A stretch of 64,000 nt of DNA from Rebecca billardiae RCC1528 (Eukaryota > Protista > Haptophyta). The DNA lies in assembly GCA_965240325.2 (NCBI GenBank), contig OZ251238.1:744001-808000 (forward strand), in the 5' to 3' direction. Numbering within the stretch: position 1 is the stretch's first letter; every line of letters starts with the position of its first letter. Under the pieces are notes generated by a model, which was given only the letters and a program-made list of their open reading frames with translations, searched no databases and was not told the DNA's origin. Of the stretch, positions 47,670-58,781 are shown one piece after another. A program made the position numbers and the translations under genes.

Positions 47670-49005
47670 ATGGCGAGCGCGACGCGCGGCTCTATCGTGA
47701 GCGGGCTGCTCCTCTCCGTCGCCGCCACGTCGAGCGCCGGGTACGTGATCCATCATGCGCGCGGCGACGACGGCGCGATGACCTTCTTCGCGTGCTACCT
47801 GATGGAGCTCAGCCTGTCCTTCGACAACATGTTCGCGTTCTACCTGATCTTCCAGTACTACAAGTGCCCGCCCGAGCTGCAGAGCTACGCACTCGCGTGG
47901 GGCATCGTGGGCGCGATCGTGCTGCGCGCGCTCGCGCTGGTCACCGGCGTGCTCGCAGTCAAAGCGGTCAAGCCGCTGATGCTCGTGTTCGCGGCGCTGC
48001 TGCTCTGGTCGGCCGTGCAGATGGGGTGCTACCCACAGGACGACGACGACGCGGAGGTGGGCAACACGCGCATCGTGCAGTTCATCCAGCGCTTCGTGCC
48101 CGTGACGAGCGAGTACCACGGCGGCAGCCTGCTCTCGCGCGTGGACGGCCAGCTGCGGTGCGGGGCCTGCGCGTGCGCGGGGGGCGAGCGGCAGGCCCCG
48201 CGCGCCGCACGGCTCAGCGAGCGGCGCGCCCGTGCACCCCATACGCACGCGCACAGGGCGACCCCGCTCTTCCTGGTGCTCGTCACCATCGAGCTCTCTG
48301 ACATTGTCTTCGCAGTCGACAGCGTCCCGGCTGTGCTCGGTGCGAGCGCGCGCGCGCTCCGCCGCCTGCGCGCGCACCCGCCGGGCTCGCGCCGCGTGCC
48401 GCGCCTCGCGCCGCGTGCCGCGCCTCGCGCCGCGTCGAGGCGCGCCGCGCGGGCGTGGCCCCTCTCGGCTCACGCGCACCCACACCGCCCCGCGCGCGCA
48501 CGCGCGCGGCGGCCGTGCAGGCATGTCCTCGGACACGTTGATCGTCTACCTGGCGGTGATGTGCGCTGTGCTCAGCCTGCGCTCGGTGTACGCCATCACC
48601 GTGGCGCTGATCGAGCGCTTCGTGTACCTCCCGCCCGCGGTGGCGCTGCTGCTCGGCTTCATCGGCGTCAAGATCGCGCTGGACGTGCTCTTCGGCGTGA
48701 CCGTGCCGACGACGCTCAGCCTCGCGATCATCTGCGCAACGCTCGCGACCGGCGTGCTGCTGAGCGGATGCGCGCCCGCGCACGTCAGGCCGCCAGAGGA
48801 ACCATACGCCCAGGTGTCCACACTCGCCGACGACTTGTCGCAGAAGCAGCACCTGTTCCGCAGCCCGTCGTGCGACGACGAGGAGCTCGTCGACGAAGTT
48901 CCGGGGCTGTCCTCCGATGCCGCCTCCTCGCGCGCAACGGCTTCGACGCCACGGCGCGTCCCGCCACCGACGATGGCCAGAAAAGGCTCGGACAACGATG
49001 TATGA
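47670..49005 (+). CDS. TerC/Alx family membrane protein (copy B)
   Basis: YLMELSLSFDNMFAF, WGIVGAIVLR and ATPLFLVLVTIELSDIVFAVDSVPAV. Introns 48158-48256 and 48340-48520 at the same positions as copy A. Confidence 0.92.
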
Positions 49006-50122
49006 CGCAGCCCTCGCCCCTCGGGGGCTCCACCTGGGCTCGGCTACGTACGCGCAGTGAACATATATATATCGACATTCGTCCCCGATTCTACATCAAT
49101 ATTCAGCTTATTTATAATAATAATAATCAGATAATATTAAAATAATATAATATATATAATAATATGTTATATATATATATAATATTCGACCTCGGATACT
49201 AAGCCGACGTCTGGAGTACCAAGTAGGCGAGACTGTCGACAGAGTGTCGACGACTCCGGACTCGACGCCACGACTCGGTCTCGGACTACTCCCGCTCCGG
49301 GTCCGCGGGACCGGCGCGATGCCGACGAATAAACGATGCGGGCCGCGATCCGCCGGAATCGCCGTCGGATGCGACTCACGGGCGTCGTCACGGCCGATGA
49401 TCATGATGCCGATGGGCCCGACGATGCCGATGGCGGCAGGCGCCGCAGGCGGAGCCGCGGGGCCCAGGCGGCGGGTCTGCGGGAGGTCGTGATGGCGCAG
49501 GCGGAGGTCCGGCTGAGTTTCCGTCTCCGGTCATATGCCACTCATATGGCATATGCCCATTGCATACCAAGTCGTTATATATATGGCATATGACGATATG
49601 GCCGCGATTAATAATCATTATAAAATCATTATAATTATATGCATGTATTGTATGTGCATAATATTGTAGTTATTATAATTATAATACTACAACTACGAGT
49701 AACCGCTCTCACGTAGACTCAGAGTCTCGCATCGTCGCCGAGTCCGCTGCCTCCAGCCATCCAGACGGAGAGGGCAGATTTCGGAGTCCAGCACGGGCCG
49801 CAGGCGCACGGCGCAGCTCACAGACACAGTCACAGAGAGTCACACCACTGTCTGCCCCAGTGGCTGGCTGGCAGCTTGGAGTGTGGAGGCACCCGTGCAC
49901 TTCGCAGCTGGTGTGAATTATTGTGATTGATGATGACTAGGCGGGACCGGCGAAACGATTAAGAATTTAAGATAGGAATCTTTCGTGGGTATCACAGTAT
50001 CCATACTGTTCTGTGCTCCTCATCAAGAGCAAGATCATTCTGTGGACGATGCTGTTGTCGACTGTCTTGGTCGAGCAGGCCGAGGCGCCGCGGAGCGCGA
50101 GCGGAGCGTCTCTACCGTCGTG

Positions 50123-52880
50123 ATGCTGCCAGCGCGGAAGGCGAGCGTCTCGAGGCCCGCGGCGGCGTCGAGCGGCTCGCAGAAGGGCGCCAAGCCGCAG
50201 CCGCGCAGGCCATCGCTCCGCTCAAAGACTCCCGGCCCGGCAGCCTCGACCTCCTCGTCGACACCGCTCGCCGAGCCGGCCCCGCGCCCGCGCGCGGGCT
50301 CGGTCTCGCGCGCGGACGCCAAGCAGGTGCGGAAGGGGAGCGTGTCCGCGGCGGCACAGGCGGGCAGCGCGAGGAACGAGAGCAAGTCGCTGCCACCCAT
50401 CAAGTCCACCGCTATCTCGGCCACGGCCAAGCCCACGCCGCTCGCGCGCGCTCGCTCCGGTTCCACGAGCAGCCGAGGTGCCGCCGTGGCCGGCGCACGA
50501 CAGCCGAAAGCGCCGGGCGCGGGGCCGAAGAAGGCCAAGCGATCGGCGCCGCAGGCTAGCAGTGGCGAGTCGGTGGCGCCCGCGCTGCCCGCTCTCGAGC
50601 CGCCGCTCCCACCCGCGCCGGCCGCGCCTCAGCCGCCCGCCGCCCCCAAGCCGCCCAGGCCTCCGCGGCCGCCGCCGCTGCCGCCGCCTCCGCCGCTTCC
50701 GTTCGTGGAGGACCCGGCCGCCGCCTACGAGGAGCTTGTGCGCGCCAACGAGCGCGCCGACGGCGTGGGCGCGCGCGCCGTGGCGGCCTACGTGCGCCAG
50801 CAGCTCGGCGGCGCGCCAGCTGGCCTGTCAGAGTGGCTTGGTCGCGCGATCGCCGATGCCAACCGCGCGGCCGAGGCGCGCGCGGCGCTCCGCGGCGGTG
50901 GTGGCGCCGGGGCGGGTGGCACGGCGGGCGGTGCCCCGTCCGAGGGTGTGCTGACGCGCGCCGGGTTTATGATCCTGCACGCCGCGCTCGCCGACGGCGC
51001 CGCGACGGCCCGGCGCATACGCGAGTACCTGGGTGGCGACGACGGCGGCGGCGGCGGCGGCGGCGGTCACAGCGGCGCTGCCGGTGGTGTGGGCGCGCCG
51101 GTCCAGCCCGCGCACCCGGCCGGCGGCGATCCCGCCGGCAGCCACGCCTTCCTCGAGCCGCCGGAGCTGCCGCGCCGCGCCCTCGCCTTCTTCGTCTCGT
51201 CCACGTTCACCGACACCGCGGTCGAGCGGGACACCTTCATTTCGACCGTGTACGGAGATGTCCGCGCCGCGGCGCGCGCGCGCGGGCTCGCGTTCGAGGC
51301 GGCGGAGATGCGGTGGGGGATCCGGGCGGCGGCGGCGTCGGACGGGCGCACGGAGGAGCTGTGCCTGCGCAAGCTCGAGCAGTGCAGGAGCGAGTCCGGC
51401 GGCCTCTTCTTCCTATCCATCTGGGCTGATAAGTATGGGTATCGCCCGCTGCCGCGCACGCTCGACTCGCGCTCCGCCGACGCGGCGCGCGCCGCGCTGG
51501 CTGCGGAGCACGAGGTGCTCTTCAACGCGTGCTACGCGCCCGAGCTGAATAGCGTGCCCGCGAGCGTGCGGCTGCGGCCGAGCGCGCCGCCGGCCGCTCA
51601 GGAGGCGCTGCGCGTCGCCCTGCTCGAGGCGACGGCCGACGGCGCCGCAGGGCCGGACTGGGATGCGGCGCGTCGGCGCGCGCTGCTCGAGCGATCAATC
51701 ACAGAGACCGAGAGCGTGGTCGCGCTCGATGGCGCGGAGGCGGAGGTGCGCGCACGCGCGGGCGCGGGGCCGAAGCCGGCGGCTGACGCCGGCAGCGGCG
51801 CCGCCGCCTTCGCCGGGCACGAGCCGAGCGCGTGGCGCGCGCCGGCGCGGCTCGCTTGGCTCCGGCGTGCACTGCCAACGCCGAATGCGCCGCCGCCGCA
51901 CGCGGCCACGCCGGAGGCCGCGCCGTGGCGATTCGTCGACTACGCCGGCGACGCGCCCGACCTCGGCGCAGCGGCGCTGCGCGTGCGCTTCCTCGGCCCC
52001 GGCGCCGCCGCCGCCGCCGACAGCGCCGCCGCCGCCGCCGCCGGCGGCGGTGAGTTTGGCGCGCGGCTCGGCGCGCTGGGCGCGGCCGCGTGCGCGCGAG
52101 AGTACGCCGCTGAGTGGGGCTACGACTCGAGCGCGGCGCACGTGGCCGCCATGGCGGCGGATCTGCGCGTGCTGCTGCTGGGGCAGCTGAGCGAGGTGGG
52201 CCTGCGCGCCGAGGCCTGCGCGGCGCTGCTCCCCACGCTGGCCGGCGTGTCGGAGGCCGACGCGGCGGAGGCTCTTGCCCACCACGCGTGGGCGCGCGCC
52301 AAGGCGGGCCCAGGTCAGTTCCACGGCCGATCGGCCGAGCTCGCCGAGATTGTATCTCGCGACGACGCGCGGCTGCTCGCGCTGGTCGGGCCGTCCGGCT
52401 GCGGCAAGACGGCGCTGCTCGCGCGCGCCGCCGCCGAGCTCGCCGCCGCCGGCCCCATCGTGCTCGCGCGCTTCGTCGGCGTCTCCGCCGCGTCGACGGA
52501 TGCGGCCGCGCTGGTCGGGTCCTTGTGGGCGCAGTGGCGCGCCGTCGTGCGCGCGCGGCGCGCGCGCGAGCCGGACGGCGGGTGGAGGCACGTGGGCGGC
52601 GGCGATGGCGGCGGTGGCGACGGCGACGACGACGCCGCGCCCGGCGGCGGCGGCGCGCGCGACGGCCGCGCCACGCTCGCCCAGCTCCTCTCCGAGATGG
52701 GGAGTGCGCCTGCAAGGGTTGTACTGCTGCTTGACGCCCTTGACCAGCTGAGCGACCGGGCGGAGGCGCGCTCGCGGCTCCGCTGGCTGCCCGCGCCGGG
52801 CTCGACGCCGCCGAACGTGCGCGTGCTGGTGAGCACGCTCCCGGATCTCCCGCCCGCCGCCGCCGCTGACGCCGCCGCCC

Positions 52881-52953
<73 letters not shown>

Positions 52954-55900
52954 GGGCGGCGCGCCGCGCCAGCTGGGCTGCGAGAGTAGCCTGCGCGAGA
53001 TGGGCGCGGCAGTGGTGCGCGTGGACGCGGTGGCGCCCGCGGACGTCGTGGCGATCGTCGAGGGCGCGCTCGGCGCGGCGGCGCGCACGCTGCAGCCGGC
53101 TCAGACCGAGGCCGTGCTCCGAGCGCTCGGCGCCGCGCCGGGCGCGCTGCACGTCGCGCTGAGCGTGCGCGCCGCGCGCGCGTGGACGGCGGAGAGCGCG
53201 TCGGCGCCCGCGCCCGCCGAGCTGCCGCGCTCGGTGCCCGCCGCCATTGACGCCGTCTTCGACGCGCTGGAGGCCGAGCACGGCGCGACGCTCGTGCGCA
53301 CGGCGCTCGGCCTCGTCACCGACTCCCGGAGTGGCCTCTCCACCGATGAGATTTCAGACTGCCTCTCACTCGACGACGAGACGCTCCACGCCGTCTTTGA
53401 GTGGTGGGTGCCGGCGGTGATCCGGCTGCCCACCGCCGTGTGGCTGCGGCTGCGCGCCGACCTCGACGGGCTGCTCATCGGCGAGGGCGGCAGCCCGCTG
53501 CGCTGGTACCACCGCCAGCTGGCCGCGGCCGCGCGCCGGCGGTACGGCGGTCAGTCTCACGTGGCAGAGCTGCTCTGTGAGTTCTGGGAGGGGCGCTGGG
53601 CGGGGGCGGTGCCGAAGCCGTTCACGCCCGCGCGCGCGGACATTGCGCGCGGCGCGCCGACGCTCGACGCTCGGCGGCAGGTCGCGCCGCAGCCGCTGCT
53701 CCTCGCCGGCGAGCTCGGCAACCCGAGGGCGGACGGCGCGCGCGTGAACGGCAGGATGCTGCACGAGCGCCCGCATGCGCTGCTGCTCGCGCGCCGGCCG
53801 CTGGACGTGCTGCGACTCTTCGCCGGCGGCGGGCTCGACGCCGCGGAGGCGCGCTGCCGCGCCGGGCAGGCGTACGAGCTCGCGCGAGACATGGGCCGCG
53901 CGCTCGAGCTCGCGAGCCGCGACGCCGACGCCGACGGCGACGGCGACGGCGGCCGCCGCGAGCTGCTGCTGCGAGCGCGCGCCCTGCTGCGCGTGCTGAG
54001 GCGAGACAGTGCCTTCCTGGCCTCGGCGCCCGAGGCGGTGGTGCACGCGGCGATGGCGGCAGCGCAGGACAGCGCGCCGCACCGCGAAGCGTCGCAGCTG
54101 CGCCGCGCGTCGCGGCCGGGCGTGCGCGCGTGGCGGCGCGCGCGCGCGCACTGCGTGCCGCTCCCGCCGCTGCTCAGCTCGAGTGCGTGCGAGATGGAAC
54201 TAGCCGGACACGGCACCGGACTGGTCACCTCAGTGGCCGCGAGCGCGGACGGCGCGCGCTGCGTCACCGGCTCGACCGACGGGCACTGGCGGCTGTGGGA
54301 CCTCGGCAGCGGCGAGTGCGTGCGCACGGTGCGCGCGGACTCGGGCGGGGGCCTCGCACTCTCGGCCGACGGGCAGCTGCTCGCGGGCTCCAGCACGACC
54401 CACAGGCGGCAGGTACGCGTGTGGCGCGTGCGCACGGGCGCGCTCGTCGCGACGCTGCGCGTGGCGGACGGGCGCCCGCGCTCGGCGGCGCCGACGGTGC
54501 CGCACACGCACCCGCCGCCGCTCGCCTTCCTCCCGGACGGCCGGCTTGTGCTGGGCGCGGACGATGGCTCTGTGCACGTCGTCGGCGCGGCCGCGCTCGT
54601 CGCGGGCGAGGGCGGCGGCGCGGACGCGCAGGCCCACGCCGCCGCGCCGCAGGCGCTGGCGCTGCGCGCGCACGACGCGCCTGTGCGCTCGGTGTGCGCC
54701 GGCGCGGCGGTGGTGGCGAGCGGCCACCTCGACGGCGCCGTTCTCGTGTGGGTCGCGGCCTCGGGCGCCGACGCCCCGCCGGCGCCGCGCGCGCCAACGG
54801 CGGATGGGTCTGACGGCGGCGGCGACGGCGGCGGCGAGTGGTCGTGGGCGCTGCGGCTTGAGGCGGGCGCGCGCGAGGTGGTGTGCGTCAGCCTCGCCGC
54901 GTCGCGCGAGCTGCTCGCCGCCGTCGCGGTGGACGGCCAGGCTCGGCTGTGGCGGCTGCCGTCGGGGGAGCAGCTCTGCGCGCTGCGCACGGGCAACGGC
55001 GAGCGCGTGCGCGACGCAGCGCTCAGCTCGGACGGCGGCTCGCTGCTCGTGGCGGGCGACGACCGCACGGCGACGGTGTGGACGGTGCCCGCCGCCACGC
55101 GCGAGCGCGCGCTGCGCCACCCCGCCCCTGTCTTCTCCTGCACCTTCCTCGGCGCCGACGCGCGCCGCGTGCTCACGGGCTGCGGCCAGGGCCGCGTGTG
55201 GGATCGAGCGTGGCCGACGGACGAGCAGGTCGGCAGCTTCCACTCCGGGCGGGTGAGCGCGGTCGCCCTGAGCGCTGACGGCGTGCTGCTCGCGTCCGCG
55301 GCGACCGACGGCGCCGTGCGCGTGTGGCACGCGCTGAGCGGCGCGTGCGTGGCCACGATCAGCGTGAGCGCCGCTGCCGCCGTCGCCGCGACCGCCGCCG
55401 CGGTTGCCGAGACCGGTGCCAACGGCACAGCCGCTCCGCCGGCCGCGGGCGGTGAGAAGGGCGCGCCAGCCCCCGCCGATGGCGCGCTGCCTCTCTCGCT
55501 GCTCGCCCTCTCAGCGGACGGCGCGCACTGCCTCGTCGCTGCGGCCGACACGGCGTGGCTGCTCGACGTGCGCGCGCAGGTGTGCACCGCCGTGCTTCGC
55601 GGCCACGCGGCGCGGCTCACCGCCCTCTGCCTGCGTGGCGACAGCGGCCGTTGCGCCACGGCCGACTCGTCCGGCGCCGCATGGCTCTGGGAGCCGACGA
55701 CCGCCGCCGCGCCCGAGTGCACGCACCGGCTGCACGCGCCGCAGCTGGTGGCGATGGATCGCTCGCGCGCGCGCGCGCACAGCGGCGCGGTCCACGCGCT
55801 TGGCGCGAGCGCGGGCTTCTCGCGCGTCGCCACGGGCGGAGCGGACCGTCTCGTGCGCGTGTGGCACGGGGAGAGCGGCGCGCTGCTGTTCGTCCTCGGC

Positions 55901-56503
55901 GAGGGCCGCTGGTTCGACGTGCCGGAGGACGAGCATCAGGGCGAGGTGGTCTCGCTGTGCCTCAGCGCGGACGGCGAGCGGCTGGCGTGCGGGCTGCGCT
56001 GGCACACGCGCGCGCTGCACCTGTGGCGGCTGCCCCCGGCATGCGACGACGGCGCCGAGCCCGCCACGCTGAGCGGCCACCGCGGTGGCGGCGGCGAGGG
56101 CAGCGCGGGCGGTGGCGCGGCCGCCGGCGACGGGAGCGGCGCGGGCTACGCCGTGTGCGAGCGCGTGCTCCGCGCGCACGAGCGGAGCGACGTGATCGCC
56201 GTCGCGCTCTCGGACGACGGCAGCAGCGTGCTCAGCGTGAGCAATGGCCGCCGGTACGTCGGCGGCGAGTCAGCCGTCGCGGTGAGCGACGCGCGCACCG
56301 GCGAGCTCCTGGCCCGCTTCGGCGTGCGCCGGCAGCACTTTCGCGCGGCGGCGGCGTGCGCCGACGGCCGCCGCATCGTGAGCGCGTCCGACGGGCTGGG
56401 CACGGAGGAGGAGGTCGAGCGCAGGGAGTCGTACGCGCTGCAGATCTGGGACACTGGCGCTGACGAGCCTGGCGCCCAGCAGGCCAGCAGCTATAGCTAC
56501 TAG
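50123..56503 (+). CDS. Giant DUF4062 - NACHT/STAND NTPase - WD40 protein (NWD1/NWD2/TEP1-like)
   Basis: FFVSSTFTDTAVERD...EMRWGI (DUF4062), Walker A GPSGCGKT, ARFVG, Walker B VLLLDALDQL, SGLSTDEISDCLSLDD, WYHRQL and many GH...WD repeats. One uninterrupted ORF of ~2100 aa. Confidence 0.88.
52883..52953 (+). repeat. (GCGGAC)n coding microsatellite giving poly(AD)
   Basis: About 11 perfect hexamers inside the NACHT region. Confidence 0.95.
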
Positions 56504-56799
56504 TAGACGACGCTGGCATCGTCGTCGTCGATATCGCGTTGATGCACGCGCGCTTAGATATAGCAGTCGTCGCATATATCATATCAATAAGCTGCCGCGC
56601 GCGGCGCCGTATATAACAGTGGCGCGCATTCACGACTGCTACTGCTGACGAGATATATGCGCTTCTGGCTGATGAGGACCGCGTTCCGCGGTCCTTCCGT
56701 AGAACCAACGTAGTTAGAGGCCCGCGGTGCACCCTCCGTTGCGCCTCGTGCCGGCAGACGGCGAGAGCGCGCGCCACTGCTGCGGCCCCGCCCCCCGGG

Positions 56800-57560
56800 C
56801 CCGTGCGCTCACTCACGGCGCTGCGCAGCCGCGCACCGAGAGGCGAGACCGAGCGCGGAGCTCGGGGTGGAACGAGGCGAGCGGCGGGTCGCGCCCGTGC
56901 CGCCGCGCGTGCGCGCAGCCTGCTCCACCGCGGGCCACCGTGCTCGCCCGCCGCCTCCTCCGCCGCGTCGGCCTCGAAGCAGCGGCGGCCAGCCAGCCGA
57001 CCGAGGCTGAGCCCGTGCGTGCTCACTCACCCGGCGCGGTGGCGCCCTCGAGTCGACGGCCGTCTACTCCACAGCTGGCTGCTCGAGCTGCTGCACGGGG
57101 CGTCGCGACGAGGGCGCCGCGCGCGGCCCAGCGCGTCCGTCGCCGCGTCGCGCACGGCGCAGCGCGTCGAGCTCGGCGCCGCGCTTCCGGGCCAGCTCGG
57201 CGCCCAGCGCCTGCGCGCGCACGTGCTCCGATGCACGGCCCGAGTCAGGTGGGCGGCCGGCTGCGCGACCGAACGGGAACCGGCGCGCGTTCCACGACTG
57301 TCACTGCTCCTGCTCGTCCTCACGCTGCTGCACCTCCACGCCGCCGTCGACCGAGTTGCTAAGGAGGAGCTCGCGCTCGACGTCACGAGGAGCGAGCTCG
57401 CGTGCTCGAGCTCGCCCTTCAGCCGCGCTAGCTCCGGGCGCATCCGTTGCGTGCTCGCGGCGCGCTCCTCCTCTAGCAACGAACGAGCTTACGCGTAGTG
57501 CTCCGGAGACCGGACTCGGCTCGCCCTTGCGCGCTCCTCCTCGAGCGACGAACGCGCCCG
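56800..57560 (-). pseudogene. Possible decayed coiled-coil gene fragment
   Basis: Glu/Leu-rich heptad segments (LLEEERAA...ELARLKGELEHA; DVERELLL; EHVRAQALGAELARKRGAELDALRR) in shifting frames, with stops. Confidence 0.3.
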
Positions 57561-57702
57561 CGCGGGCAGAGCCCGCGCCCGGGTAAAAAACCTGCTGTGT
57601 TCGGCCTCGGCCCTCGGGCCGCCATCCAATACCGGGTGCCGTTCGTCATAGTTCAGACTCGGCCAATCGGTAATCGGATGCGACGCATCATACTCGCCGG
57701 GA

Positions 57703-57953
57703 GCGCAAAGGTTCGTCGTCAGTAAAGTTGATTGAGTACTTGACGGATTTTTGTTAGGACCTCCATGATGCATCACTGCGCTTGGGTCTCGTCCCATTTG
57801 GCAGCGCGCAAAGGTTCGTCGTTAGTAAAGTTGAGTAATTTGGCAGCGCGCAAAGGTTCGTCGTTAGTACGTAAAGTTGAGTACTTGACGAGACTTTTTG
57901 CCAGGAGCCCAGGACCTCCATCGCATGCGCTTGGGTCCTCGTCCTATTTGGCA
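57703..57953. repeat. Degenerate ~100-bp tandem repeat (2 full copies plus 1 truncated)
   Basis: GCGCAAAGGTTCGTCGT(C/T)AGTA occurs three times; GAGTACTTGACG...AGGACCTCCAT...GCGCTTGGGTC...ATTTGGCA occurs twice. Confidence 0.85.
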
Positions 57954-58781
57954 ACATTATGGTCGTATGAAGATTTACAACAATCAAATCGCAGATTCGT
58001 TCACCCAGATATACTGACAAATGCACGTCCACAGGCTCACGTCCGTCCGTAGATACGGAATTGGAGCGGGCGCGGCTATTTCGTCAATCGAGTCTTGCTA
58101 ATGCAAAGCAATGGGCCAATGTACCCCTCGAAAAAGCGAAAACTTACCCTCCAACAGCCCTCAAAATCGTCCCCCGTCCCCTTTTCTTTGATGATCAAAA
58201 GATCTTTTTGACAACGTAGTGAGGGCCCCCGGCGGGGCTCCACGCTACGCGCTCCGCCCTGCACCGCGGGCCATGATATATGTGCCCATCCGATCTGCAT
58301 ATATCGGATGGACGATGATGATTGCGCCGGCGCCCCTGTGGCCGCTGTGGCGTCGGCGGCCCGTCCGGGCTCGGGGCTGCTGCGCGATCCGCGCGCCGTC
58401 AGGCGGGTTGGCCGGTTGCAAGCGGCCACGGCGCCGGCGCGCGCCGGCCCTGCCGCGGGGCCGTCACCAGTGGCCAGCGCGCCGTGCGGCTGAGGCTGAG
58501 CAGGCGGTGTCACTGTGCTGGTCATGCTGCGGGAAGGTGCTGGGTAGTCGTCGATCGGGTGGAAGCGCTCTGATGATCGAATAAGGACTCGATCGGTCGT
58601 TCGCGGCCTACTCGCGTTCGGATGAAGTCATCATCGCGTGATCGAGTCAATCGGGGGTAGTAGGGAGAGGTTCCGCTGTAGCGTATGGCCCGCTTGGGTG
58701 ACTTCGGCTCGGTTCGATCAGAATGCCAGTCGTCGCCACTTGCAGGCTGCGGTGCAACCGAATCAGTAGTAGCCTTCAAGT

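Noticed and set aside
57703-57953. Repeat-spacer-like pattern suggesting a CRISPR array
   Set aside because: The intervening sequences are homologous to each other and of very unequal length; eukaryotic context.
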